Below, in pieces: positions 39,187 through 48,657 of a stretch of DNA of 64,000 bases (positions are counted from its first letter, which is position 1; each line of letters opens with the position of its first letter). Both the position numbers and the translations under genes were made by a program. This DNA is from a virus: positions 17,487-81,486 of IMG/VR virus record IMGVR_UViG_3300027971_000044. One strand, 5' to 3'. The notes beneath the pieces are model-generated. The model had not been told where the DNA came from. It ran no database searches and worked only from the letters and a program-made list of their open reading frames with translations.

Positions 39187-42108
39187 ATGGCGTGGTATAT
39201 ATTTAAAGGATCTACATATATCCCAGGCTATGGATCTGTAGCAAGTTGGACAAAAATTAAAAATATTTATAGAAAAACTACCCCATCTTCTTATTCTGGA
39301 ACATCTGCAACAAACTTTACAGATGTATCTAAAGAATGGCGTAGGTCTTCAGGTTTTTATAGAAAAACTTCTACTGGATGGAGAAAAGTTTTTACAAAAA
39401 CTTCTACTGGTGTCACCTTTACAACTGGACCAGCAATTCACGTATATTCATCACCTTATCCATACGGTCCAAATAATGGCACAAGCGTTTCGTCACCAAG
39501 ATATGTAAATGAGGTTTTATATGGTAAAGATGGAATATGGACTCCAAGAAATGAAACTTCAATATCAAGAAGTTTTCAGGCCGCACTAGCCCCAGACGGA
39601 TCAAATAGATTTACAATTGATAATAACGACGTTTTTGATTTATCAACATCCCCCTCCAATCAAGATTGGGCAGATGAGACGTATCTTTATTATAGGATAT
39701 CTGTTCAAAATTATGGTGATCTGGTAACAGCATCAGCAGGTCCAATAAAATTAATTAAACGGGAATCTTCATTTAATAGTGAAAATTTAACAGGAACAAC
39801 AACAGTTGGAAGTACATTAACTGGAACATATAGCTTAGAAAACCGTTGGTATAACAAGCCAGAACTATATAACTCTTATATAAGATGGTGGAGAAGTACT
39901 AGCAATGATCCTAGTGGAACTTTGGTCAGAGAAGAATATTTAGGAGATCATTACAGTACAAATAATTCAACAAGCCTTCAAGGTTCTGATACATATACAA
40001 TTCAAGCGGCAGATGCAGGGTACTACATAGTATTTCAAGTAGTACCATATAATTCGTATAATAGACACTATGGGTATCAAACATATATGTCAACCCCATC
40101 AAATATAATTAGTGCTCCAATTACAATATCAAATGTAAACTTTACAGATAGTAATGGTCGTTCTGGTAAAAATGCTAAAGGAAATTTAGTTACTAGTACA
40201 GCAACCTACTTAAATTGGACTGTTGGTGGAGTAACACCAAGTACAACATTTAGAGTTAGATATCGTGTATTAAATAATCAAAATGGATTATACTATAATC
40301 CAAATGACCCAACCACATCTTTAGCTGCTGGAAGCGCTTGGCAAACCTATACAAAAAATTATAATGGAACGGGAGACATAAGTAGTATTTCTATAAATGG
40401 TTCAACGGCTACCCTATATGATGCTTTTACAATTAATTCAACTTTTAATGGATCAACATATGGTGGAGGAATATCAAGATGGTCATTCCAATATGAAATA
40501 AGCGTTGTCAATTCTTCTGGTACCAGATACTATTGGGTTTATCCAAGCGGTGTGTCTACGTCTCAAGCTAATGATTATTGGGATATTGATCCAACAACAA
40601 ACCCATCAATTTCTGCAAGCTCATCATCTATTGCTACAGGTGGCTCAGTTACATTTACAGGTACATTTAATTCATATCCAACATCATTAAGCTCATACCC
40701 TGAATCGTATAGATTAGTTTACGGAGACGGATCAAATTCAGGATGGATTACATTGTCCGCAGGTACTGCAAATCAAAATTATAGTCAATCACACACGTAT
40801 AATTCTGTTGGAACATACTATCCATATGTAGAAACTACTCCATCGTATACAACTAATTCTACAACCGTAACAGTAGCTAATGCTATAACAACACCGACAG
40901 GTCTTTCTGGGTATGCAAATGGATCTACGGCCACTCAATCAATTACTTTAAATTGGAATGCAACATCGGATGCAAATACTTATGAATTATTTTTTAATGG
41001 GAATGCAATTCCTCCAACAGATTACGCAGCCTATGCAGACTATAAAGGAATAACCACAAATACATATACAACTCCTGTAATATTTTCAGCTTCAAATACT
41101 TATTATTGGTATGTTAGAGGAAAGGGCAGCTCTGGAACATTTAGCACATGGAGTCCTGCCGCATCTGTTACAACAAATGCACAAGTTGTAAAACTTTCTA
41201 CTCCTTCTGGAGTATCTGCTACTACAACAAGAACAGATGGAGTGAACATTACATGGAATGCCGTATCTGGTGCATCTTACTATGGAATTTGGTATGGTGG
41301 TGCGCCAGGATACGATTATTTAGCAGACTTCGGAGGAAATAGAAATACATCACTAATAACTGGAACATCATATTTAGATACAAGTATTTCTTCAGGCTCA
41401 TCTAGAGATTATTATGTACAAGCTTATAAATCTGGAGATCCGACAGGAACAAAATCTGATTGGAGTAGCGTTGCAACTGGAACTAGGGCAGTTGCTTTGG
41501 CAGTCCCATCAACACCAACTGGGTTATCTGCATCTTCAAATAGAACTACCGATGTATTTATTAGTTGGAACGCAGTTTCTGGTGCAACATCTTATGAAAT
41601 TTACTGGGGAGGAACTCCACAAGATTACTATACTCCAGATTTTTATCCAGGAAGCTCTACTTATTATTTTGATAGTGGGCTTAGTCAGGGCTCTTATAGA
41701 ACATATTACGTCAGAGCTAGGAATGCATCTGGTGCATCATCGTGGTCTGGTGGGGTAGTTGGATATAGAGCCGCTCCCGTATTAACTCCAGCCACAGCAC
41801 CAGGAACAGTTGGAACTCCCACAAACGGATGGACTAGCGGAACAGCATATCCATTTAGCTGGAGTGCTCCAAGCGCTGGCACAGTTAGTGGTGGTGGGGC
41901 GGCATCAATTTCATACTATAACCTTTATGTGTATGAGGCAACCAATAGCTCTGGAAGCGGATATTATCAAATAAACTCGTATACAGTTTATGGAACAAGT
42001 TTTAATTATACCTCGCCTAATGCTTCGCTATACTATGCCTGTCAAGTTAGTGCTGTAAACACAGCAGGTCTTACAGGTGGTTTATCAGGATTTAGTGCTT
42101 TCAGATGA
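39187..42108 (+). CDS. tail protein with Ig/PKD and FN3 repeats
   Basis: PTGLSA...ISWNAVSGATSYEIY...YYVRARN repeats; YGDG...SHTYNSVGTY PKD-like motif. Confidence 0.8.
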   Translation: MAWYIFKGSTYIPGYGSVASWTKIKNIYRKTTPSSYSGTSATNFTDVSKEWRRSSGFYRKTSTGWRKVFTKTSTGVTFTTGPAIHVYSSPYPYGPNNGTSVSSPRYVNEVLYGKDGIWTPRNETSISRSFQAALAPDGSNRFTIDNNDVFDLSTSPSNQDWADETYLYYRISVQNYGDLVTASAGPIKLIKRESSFNSENLTGTTTVGSTLTGTYSLENRWYNKPELYNSYIRWWRSTSNDPSGTLVREEYLGDHYSTNNSTSLQGSDTYTIQAADAGYYIVFQVVPYNSYNRHYGYQTYMSTPSNIISAPITISNVNFTDSNGRSGKNAKGNLVTSTATYLNWTVGGVTPSTTFRVRYRVLNNQNGLYYNPNDPTTSLAAGSAWQTYTKNYNGTGDISSISINGSTATLYDAFTINSTFNGSTYGGGISRWSFQYEISVVNSSGTRYYWVYPSGVSTSQANDYWDIDPTTNPSISASSSSIATGGSVTFTGTFNSYPTSLSSYPESYRLVYGDGSNSGWITLSAGTANQNYSQSHTYNSVGTYYPYVETTPSYTTNSTTVTVANAITTPTGLSGYANGSTATQSITLNWNATSDANTYELFFNGNAIPPTDYAAYADYKGITTNTYTTPVIFSASNTYYWYVRGKGSSGTFSTWSPAASVTTNAQVVKLSTPSGVSATTTRTDGVNITWNAVSGASYYGIWYGGAPGYDYLADFGGNRNTSLITGTSYLDTSISSGSSRDYYVQAYKSGDPTGTKSDWSSVATGTRAVALAVPSTPTGLSASSNRTTDVFISWNAVSGATSYEIYWGGTPQDYYTPDFYPGSSTYYFDSGLSQGSYRTYYVRARNASGASSWSGGVVGYRAAPVLTPATAPGTVGTPTNGWTSGTAYPFSWSAPSAGTVSGGGAASISYYNLYVYEATNSSGSGYYQINSYTVYGTSFNYTSPNASLYYACQVSAVNTAGLTGGLSGFSAFR

Positions 42109-42311
42109 TAAATAAAATAGAGATAATAACAGAAAGAATATCAAATATTCAATTTCACATAGATCATGTTAATCACGTTATAGACAATCCAGGGATGTAT
42201 AATACGCCAAGTAATAAAACTGAAGTAAACTTAGTTCAATATTTACAAGATTTAACGTCTGCGAAGCAGGCGCTAGAAGCAGAAAAGGAAGCCTTGACTA
42301 ATCAAGGCTAA
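42105..42311 (+). CDS. small coiled-coil hypothetical protein
   Basis: ATGA overlap; 68 aa. Confidence 0.6.
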   Translation: MINKIEIITERISNIQFHIDHVNHVIDNPGMYNTPSNKTEVNLVQYLQDLTSAKQALEAEKEALTNQG

Positions 42312-42321
42312 ATGATATAAT
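42290..42321 (+). promoter_or_regulatory. promoter with inverted repeat over the -35
   Basis: TTGACT-N16-TATAAT; AGCCTTGA-CTAA-TCAAGGCT dyad. Confidence 0.55.
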
Positions 42322-42337
42322 ATGAAAGGAGGCAAAA

Positions 42338-42562
42338 ATGACAACTACTTTAACAAACGAAGAGAAGATTGCAATTATTGATTTACACCTTAAATCAATT
42401 GATTATTCCCTATATGGATTTGAGCTTGATTTAGCAGAAGCAAATGCTGTATTGAGTCCAGATACAGATTTAATATCTAGCATTACAACTAGAAAAGCGG
42501 CAGCAACTGCAAAAAGAAACGTTCTAATTGCAGAAAAAGAAACCCTAACAGAAGGAGCATAA
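42338..42562 (+). CDS. small hypothetical protein
   Basis: AAGGAGG RBS; 74 aa. Confidence 0.75.
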   Translation: MTTTLTNEEKIAIIDLHLKSIDYSLYGFELDLAEANAVLSPDTDLISSITTRKAAATAKRNVLIAEKETLTEGA

Positions 42563-42563
42563 A

Positions 42564-42758
42564 TTGGCAGATAAAGCTGAATTAGTTATAACTGCATTGC
42601 AACAACGCATTGGTGAGATTGTCTCAAACTATGAGACGCAAATTGCTATTTTACGTGCAGAGCTAACACAAAATATGATTGAAAAAGAAGACAAGCTTAA
42701 TGCTGTCAAAGAATATTCAGAACAAATGGAAACATTTGCAGAAGTTTCTGAAATTTAA
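42564..42758 (+). CDS. small coiled-coil hypothetical protein
   Basis: TTG start after AAGGAG. Confidence 0.7.
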   Translation: MADKAELVITALQQRIGEIVSNYETQIAILRAELTQNMIEKEDKLNAVKEYSEQMETFAEVSEI

Positions 42759-42771
42759 ATAGGAGAAATAA

Positions 42772-43218
42772 ATGGCAACAAATGAATTTATACCAGTTGT
42801 TTTTAATGACGGAGAACCGTTAGATCCTACCAAGCTTAATAATTTGGTTAGAAACATTAATAACGTTTATCAGTCAGCTTCAATTTCTTTGTCTAATCAA
42901 ACAATGTCTGGCGTAACAACTCTTCAAACACCAGTAATATTTACCTATAGATACAGTTTTCAGAATGTTAAAGCTGCCGCTTCAGCACAAACACATACTT
43001 TTAATTTTAATGGTAAATTTACTGATGCTGAATTAACTGCAAATAAAGTTTTTGTTACAACAGGAATAACAAATGCAATAGGAGATAACGATAATGTTAA
43101 TGTTGCTATAGGCGATATTAAAACAGGAGCACCAAAGATTTATTGCAGCATGACTGGATCTGGAACAAGAAATGTATCCGTAGATGTAATAGCTATCTGC
43201 ATGAGGGACATAGTTTAG
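42772..43218 (+). CDS. hypothetical (possibly virion) protein
   Basis: AGGAG RBS; FNDGEPLDPTKLN N-terminus. Confidence 0.7.
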   Translation: MATNEFIPVVFNDGEPLDPTKLNNLVRNINNVYQSASISLSNQTMSGVTTLQTPVIFTYRYSFQNVKAAASAQTHTFNFNGKFTDAELTANKVFVTTGITNAIGDNDNVNVAIGDIKTGAPKIYCSMTGSGTRNVSVDVIAICMRDIV

Positions 43219-43222
43219 CCCC

Positions 43223-43261
43223 TTGACAAGCCCCACCAATATGTTACAATTACTGTAACAT
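43223..43261 (+). promoter_or_regulatory. promoter of replication module with operator-like dyad
   Basis: TTGACA-N16-TACAAT (TG extension); ATGTTACA-N5-TGTAACAT over the -10/+1. Confidence 0.65.
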
Positions 43262-43262
43262 C

Positions 43263-43287
43263 AAAGTCACGTACCCGTGACTTTTTT
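43263..43287 (+). terminator. terminator-like hairpin
   Basis: AAAGTCACG-TACC-CGTGACTTT followed by TTT. Confidence 0.6.
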
Positions 43288-43304
43288 ACATATTAAGGTA
43301 GAAA

Positions 43305-44105
43305 ATGAGCAACGATTTAAAATGGATGCTTTCATCCGATCAGCAGTTTCCGTATCAAGATGATAAGATGATAGCCCTTTGGTTTAAAGTAATGAAATGG
43401 TTTAAGCCAGATGTCGTTGACTACCTTGGGGATACAGATGATCAAGCCTGTTATAGCAAGTATACTGAGGGACGCTCAGCTGAGTTTTTAAACTATCATA
43501 AAAATGATAGCAAAGATCTTATTGTTCCAATGATGCGACATGAAGCAAAGGGCGCAAGAGATTTTTATGCAAAGACAAGAGAGATGCTTCCAGACGCACA
43601 ACTTTTTTCAGCATTAGGAAACCATGATATAAGAGTATTTAATTATGTAGATGCAAAGCTTCCTGATTATATTACCGAAGTTACACCAGAGTCGCTCTGG
43701 AGTCTAGACTCATTGGGGTATGAATACATCTATTATAATGAATTGCCAAAGCGTCGCTTTGGAGATATTCACGTACACCACGGACTTTCTATTTCTGCTA
43801 CAGGCGCAGTAAGAAAAGATATGGAAGACCTACAGGTTTCCCTTATTCGTGGACACTCACACAGAATTGCTTCACATATGGTAACATATGAACTTAGAAA
43901 CGGCGGAGAAGGAGAAACCCTTCGCGGCTATGAAATTGGACATATGTGTGATGAAAAGAGTGATGGAATGAAGTATAGCCAGCACCATGATTGGCAAAAG
44001 GGATTTGCCGTTGCCCATATTGTAAATGATTATCCACATATTCAGATGATTCATATTGCACCAGATTACTCTTGTGTAGTTGATGGAAAGGTATTTACCT
44101 TATAA
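43305..44105 (+). CDS. calcineurin-like metallophosphoesterase
   Basis: SDQQ, LGDTDD, GNHD, HHG and GHSH motifs. Confidence 0.85.
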   Translation: MSNDLKWMLSSDQQFPYQDDKMIALWFKVMKWFKPDVVDYLGDTDDQACYSKYTEGRSAEFLNYHKNDSKDLIVPMMRHEAKGARDFYAKTREMLPDAQLFSALGNHDIRVFNYVDAKLPDYITEVTPESLWSLDSLGYEYIYYNELPKRRFGDIHVHHGLSISATGAVRKDMEDLQVSLIRGHSHRIASHMVTYELRNGGEGETLRGYEIGHMCDEKSDGMKYSQHHDWQKGFAVAHIVNDYPHIQMIHIAPDYSCVVDGKVFTL

Positions 44106-44290
44106 TGTGGTGTGGAAAATGTAGAGGCAGAGTCTTTGTTGACAGAGTTTTTTCTCAAAAATTACATGTAGAGTTATTTTGTATCATGTGCGGCAAACGC
44201 TGGATGTGCAATAAAGAGACGAGTGCTTTCGGAAGATGGCTAGAAAAAAAAGAAACAGCAACCTTAAAAAACTACGGTATTTTTTCTTAA
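44105..44290 (+). CDS. Zn-ribbon protein
   Basis: CGKC...CIMCG. Confidence 0.75.
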   Translation: MWCGKCRGRVFVDRVFSQKLHVELFCIMCGKRWMCNKETSAFGRWLEKKETATLKNYGIFS

Positions 44291-44718
44291 ACGATAAGAT
44301 ACACAAGGTAATTAAATCATCTCGATCAAAGGATGAGATAGTCGCTTGGTGCTACCCAGATAAAAAGAGAGTGATGTATTCTTACTCTCAAGTTGAAAAA
44401 TATATGGGTAAAGCTTATGCAATGAGGGATGTTTCAGCATTATTAAATAAACATACTGTTACTTTACATGATTATATTTTGGAGGGCAAGATAAAGGCTC
44501 CCCAAAAGATATATCCTATAGGAGATCCAGATAATAAGAACTGGTCTAAGTATATGTTTTGTGAGAAGGATATATTAGAGATACATGAGTTTATATTAGA
44601 TTCAGGTCATTCGGGAAATGTTCCTTCAAGAACAGAGCTCTTAGGGCTTCTCAAACACAACATTATATTGTATACTAAGACAGACAGCGGCTTCATCCCA
44701 GTCTGGAAGGCGGAGTAA
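44236..44718 (+). CDS. HTH DNA-binding protein (MerR/excisionase-like)
   Basis: YAMRDVSALLNKHTVTLHDYILEGKI. Confidence 0.65.
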   Translation: MARKKRNSNLKKLRYFFLNDKIHKVIKSSRSKDEIVAWCYPDKKRVMYSYSQVEKYMGKAYAMRDVSALLNKHTVTLHDYILEGKIKAPQKIYPIGDPDNKNWSKYMFCEKDILEIHEFILDSGHSGNVPSRTELLGLLKHNIILYTKTDSGFIPVWKAE

Positions 44719-44855
44719 TGACATTCAATGCACAGTACACCCTTGAAACGGGAGCAGCAAAGAAGCGCAAGAGAGAAGAGGAAGTTGCTTACTGGAACTC
44801 GTTAAACGGTCCAGTAGTAATTAAAAGCGTTAAAGGTGATGACGATGGCGAGTAG
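44718..44855 (+). CDS. small hypothetical protein (45 aa; not in ORF track)
   Basis: TAATG-coupled; MTFNAQYTLETGAAKKRKREEEVAYWNSLNGPVVIKSVKGDDDGE. Confidence 0.6.
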   Translation: MTFNAQYTLETGAAKKRKREEEVAYWNSLNGPVVIKSVKGDDDGE

Positions 44856-44955
44856 TCGTATTGTGATTTGCCCAATTTGTAAAAAGGAATTAGAAGTTAG
44901 ATCAGATTTTGCCCATATGACATTATCTAACCATACAAATAAGGAGCATAAGTGA
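44845..44955 (+). CDS. 36-aa C2H2-type zinc-finger miniprotein (not in ORF track)
   Basis: MASSRIVICPICKKELEVRSDFAHMTLSNHTNKEHK; fills the gap and overlaps both neighbours. Confidence 0.6.
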   Translation: MASSRIVICPICKKELEVRSDFAHMTLSNHTNKEHK

Positions 44956-45155
44956 CAACGAGAGTTAAGGTGGACTTATCGTTCACACGCAATCTAGGTA
45001 ACTACGAGAGCATTAAAATTGGTGTAGGCATTGAAGATGATCTTCGAGACGGAGAAAATGTAGATGCTGCTACTGAGAGAGTCTATAAGTTTGTTGAAGA
45101 CAAGCTTATTGAAAAGACTCGTGAGGTGGAAGAAGAATTAAAACGTGGCAAATGA
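44952..45155 (+). CDS. hypothetical protein
   Basis: GTG start after AAGGAG; FTRNLGNYESIKI. Confidence 0.75.
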   Translation: MTTRVKVDLSFTRNLGNYESIKIGVGIEDDLRDGENVDAATERVYKFVEDKLIEKTREVEEELKRGK

Positions 45156-45462
45156 GAAAGAGCCCTACGTCTTAATTGGATTGTACCTATCCTTGTATAA
45201 GGAAAGATATAACAAATCACTTACTGTAAACAAGTTTAGAGAGAAGTGGGCCATGAATGATGTTATAGAGAGCGTTGGTTTTCAACGTGCTCAGGAACTA
45301 TTAATATACTATTTCTCTACTAATAAGACAGGGCACCCATTAAATTTCTTTTATAATAACTTTGATAGAATTGATGCCTTAAATAAAGAAATTAAGAAAG
45401 ACAAGTTTAACCGTAGCATTCTATTGAATGAGACTAAGAAGATGGTGGAGGGCGAAGAGTGA
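45145..45462 (+). CDS. hypothetical protein upstream of helicase
   Basis: 105-aa ORF overlapping both neighbours. Confidence 0.7.
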   Translation: MANEKEPYVLIGLYLSLYKERYNKSLTVNKFREKWAMNDVIESVGFQRAQELLIYYFSTNKTGHPLNFFYNNFDRIDALNKEIKKDKFNRSILLNETKKMVEGEE

Positions 45463-46727
45463 ATACAGAAGCAACACTAATATCTGCTGTGTGCAAGAAC
45501 AAAGATATCAGCACACTACTGGCAGACAATGTAGATGAGCTTTTTACATCACATAGAGATATTTGGGAAAGCCTAAAGTCATACTATTATAAGTTTAAAG
45601 CAGTTCCTGAAGCAGGAGTTCTTATGGAGCGCCATAAAGACTTTGAGCCAGTAGAGGCTAAGGCAGAGACTGGTTACTATTTAGACATATTAAAGAATGA
45701 GTTTATCTCAAACAAACTTAAGACAATTATTATTCGTGGAGGATCTGCGCTTAAAGAAGATGCAGCATCTAGAGTTCTTGCACAAATGCAAAGCGACCTT
45801 GCTAATCTAAGCAGGTATACTAATAACGTAAGAGATTTAGATATTGTTGATGTTGAAAATGCTGCACGACATTATCAAGCAGTCAAAGATCGTTCATCTA
45901 TAATGGGCGGAGCCCCTGGTATTCTAACTGGATTTGAAGCAATTGATAAAGCATATCCAACAGGAATGGCACCAGGACATTTAATTGTTGCAATTGGTTG
46001 GCCAGGAAAAGGAAAGACATGGTTTACCGCTTACCTTGCATGCAAGGCATGGGAACAAGGATTTAAGCCAATGATTGTTTCTCTTGAAATGTCTCCAGAG
46101 AATATGCGTGACCGTATATTTACAATGCTTGGTTCTGGTATATTTCGTGCAAGTGATTTGTCAAAGGGCGATATTAATATTGATGACTTCCGCAACTGGG
46201 GAAACAAAAGGTTTGAGGGAAAGAATAGTTTTGTCCTCATTTCGAATGAGGGTGCATCAGAAGTTACTCCTGCAACTATTCAAGGTAAGATAGATCAGCA
46301 TAAGCCAGACTTAGTTATTCTAGATTATCATCAGCTATTTAATGATAACAAGCGTTCACACTCTGAAGTAGAAAGAAATAGAAATGTTTCTCGTGAGTTT
46401 AAAATGCTTGCAGTATCAAACAATATCCCAATTATTGACATTACTGCTGCAACAGCAGATGATATCTCTGATCAAGATAATCCGCCAATGATGAGCCAAG
46501 TTGCTTGGTCTAAAGCAATTGAGTATGATGCTGACATGGCGCTGGCCGTTCACAGATACCCACAAACTAATATGATTGAGATCGTCTCTCGAAAGAATAG
46601 ACACGGTCACGATTTTAATTTCTATCTAGACTGGGATATCAACCGTGGTATCGTCAAAGAAATTTATGAGAATCCATTCCAAAAAGATGAACCACAAACA
46701 GATAAAAAGATTTCAAGTAAGGGTTGA
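45459..46727 (+). CDS. dnaB: DnaB-like replicative helicase
   Basis: GWPGKGKT Walker A, SLEMS, VILDYHQL, IEYDAD and KNRHG. Confidence 0.92.
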   Translation: MNTEATLISAVCKNKDISTLLADNVDELFTSHRDIWESLKSYYYKFKAVPEAGVLMERHKDFEPVEAKAETGYYLDILKNEFISNKLKTIIIRGGSALKEDAASRVLAQMQSDLANLSRYTNNVRDLDIVDVENAARHYQAVKDRSSIMGGAPGILTGFEAIDKAYPTGMAPGHLIVAIGWPGKGKTWFTAYLACKAWEQGFKPMIVSLEMSPENMRDRIFTMLGSGIFRASDLSKGDINIDDFRNWGNKRFEGKNSFVLISNEGASEVTPATIQGKIDQHKPDLVILDYHQLFNDNKRSHSEVERNRNVSREFKMLAVSNNIPIIDITAATADDISDQDNPPMMSQVAWSKAIEYDADMALAVHRYPQTNMIEIVSRKNRHGHDFNFYLDWDINRGIVKEIYENPFQKDEPQTDKKISSKG

Positions 46728-46986
46728 GTTTGCTGACGACTCTGGTATACCTAGATTAAAATACCAGTACGAAAGCATGCTTACTCACGACATGAGGAGC
46801 AAGGGCTATGCAAGAGTACTTGACATAGATACTAACTTTTCGGTACAATTTGACGGACAAACGTGGGTGTTCTTAATGACACTTTACGGAGTATATATAG
46901 GAAAGAAGCAAGCATGGCTATCAGAGGGCATAACGCAAGGAAAGTTAATTCCACGCAGTATGCGCCAAACCATATCAAGTCTATAA
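46687..46986 (+). CDS. hypothetical protein
   Basis: Probable start MNHKQIKRF between helicase and primase. Confidence 0.65.
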   Translation: MNHKQIKRFQVRVEFADDSGIPRLKYQYESMLTHDMRSKGYARVLDIDTNFSVQFDGQTWVFLMTLYGVYIGKKQAWLSEGITQGKLIPRSMRQTISSL

Positions 46987-47912
46987 TTAAAAATCTAGGC
47001 TTAGATATTGTGGCAGAACCAGGTAATGAGGTTATGTTTTACTGCCCATTTCATTCTAATAGACATACGGCAAGCTGCTGCATAAACAAATCTACAGGGG
47101 TTTGGCTATGCTTTAATCCATCATGCGGAGAGTCTGGAACATTAGTAGAACTAGTAAGACGTGTATTGCACAAGAATGATTTTGAAGCCATTAGATTTAT
47201 AGGGGCTCAAGAAAAAGAAGCTCTAGATAATTTTGATGAGATCATGGCTGGTATATTAGAAGACAAGCCAGACTTTGAAGAGTTCTCAGAAGAGACACTA
47301 AAGGGTTTATATAATGGATTAGTTAATTCTGAAAAGGCTAAAGATTATTTTAAATCAAGAGGAATAGAGATGTCTTCAATGACACATTTTTCTTTGGGAT
47401 ACTCCGAAAAACAAAATATGGTTACTGTTCCAGTTCATAGCCCAGACGGCACACCAATTGGAATTGTAGGAAGATCAATTGAAGGAAAGTCTTTTAAGAA
47501 TAGTACAAACCTGCCAAAGAGCAAAACGTTATTTAATGTACATCGTGCCAAAAGAATTGGCAGCAATGTCATAGTTGTGGAGTCTAGCTTTGATGCAATC
47601 CGTGTGCATCAGGCTGGGTTTCCAAATGTTGTTGCTACGCTTGGAGGCTTCTTGTCAACCGAGCAGCATAAACTTTTAAATAGATATTTTAATAAGGTAA
47701 CCGTAATGACAGACGCAGATTTGGCTGGCAGAGAGCTAGGCTTGAGCATAGCCAATAGATTAAAGAATAAAGACCTCTTGTGGGCTTCGTACGAATATGG
47801 TAAGATATACCCACATGATGCAAAAGATGCTGGTGATATGACTGATGAAGAAATTAAAATCTGTATTAAAAATGCAGTATCAGACATAGAATACAGATCT
47901 TGGAACCCATAA
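46914..47912 (+). CDS. dnaG: DNA primase
   Basis: CPFH...CFNPSC Zn finger; TOPRIM VVESSFDA and DADLAG; KDAGD. Start position uncertain. Confidence 0.9.
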   Translation: MAIRGHNARKVNSTQYAPNHIKSIIKNLGLDIVAEPGNEVMFYCPFHSNRHTASCCINKSTGVWLCFNPSCGESGTLVELVRRVLHKNDFEAIRFIGAQEKEALDNFDEIMAGILEDKPDFEEFSEETLKGLYNGLVNSEKAKDYFKSRGIEMSSMTHFSLGYSEKQNMVTVPVHSPDGTPIGIVGRSIEGKSFKNSTNLPKSKTLFNVHRAKRIGSNVIVVESSFDAIRVHQAGFPNVVATLGGFLSTEQHKLLNRYFNKVTVMTDADLAGRELGLSIANRLKNKDLLWASYEYGKIYPHDAKDAGDMTDEEIKICIKNAVSDIEYRSWNP

Positions 47913-47965
47913 TAAAAACAAACTAAAGATGGATATACACCATCAACTATATGAAATGAGGAAAC

Positions 47966-48634
47966 ATGGGAATAGTAAAAGGGTTAAAAGACCTTAACAA
48001 AGTAATGGACAAGCCACAGTCTTCAGGTGGAGACGGTACAAAGGCTCGTTGGGTTAAGTTAGAGGATGCAGAAAGTGTTAAAGTTCGCTTTCTTCAAGAA
48101 CTTGATCCAGACTCACCTACCTATAATGAAAAGCTAGGTCTAGGATTTATTGCAGTAGAACACACAAATCCAAAAGACTATCGTCGTAAGGCTCTATGCA
48201 CAATGGACGATCAAGGCAAGTGTTACGGTTGCGAACAACACCGCAAGGACTATAAGGCAGGATGGAAGGGTCGTTCACGACTTTACATTAATGTTCTTAT
48301 TGATGATGGCAAAGAAGATCCTTATGTAGGAATCTTGTCTCAGGGTTCAAGTGGAAAAACAATCACACCAACACTTATCGAGTACGCTGGAGAGATGGGA
48401 AGCATTACTAACCTAATGTGGCGCATCAAGCGTACTGGTACAAAGACAGACACAAGTTACACAATTATCCCACTTGCAAAAGATGAAACACCATTTGATG
48501 GTTCATCACTTGAGCTTTATCAGCTTGAGGATACAGCAGTGCGTGACATGCCATACACCGAGCAAGAAGCATTCTTTGCTGGTGAAAACAGTAATGGCGA
48601 AGAGTCTACTTCATCAAGTAGCGTAGACTGGTAA
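47966..48634 (+). CDS. phage-type (gp32-like) ssDNA-binding protein
   Basis: VRFL, Zn ligands H...C...CYGC, IKRTGTKTDTSY, acidic C-terminal tail. Confidence 0.7.
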   Translation: MGIVKGLKDLNKVMDKPQSSGGDGTKARWVKLEDAESVKVRFLQELDPDSPTYNEKLGLGFIAVEHTNPKDYRRKALCTMDDQGKCYGCEQHRKDYKAGWKGRSRLYINVLIDDGKEDPYVGILSQGSSGKTITPTLIEYAGEMGSITNLMWRIKRTGTKTDTSYTIIPLAKDETPFDGSSLELYQLEDTAVRDMPYTEQEAFFAGENSNGEESTSSSSVDW

Positions 48635-48657
48635 TAGGTTAAGAGGCGGAGAGTTAA

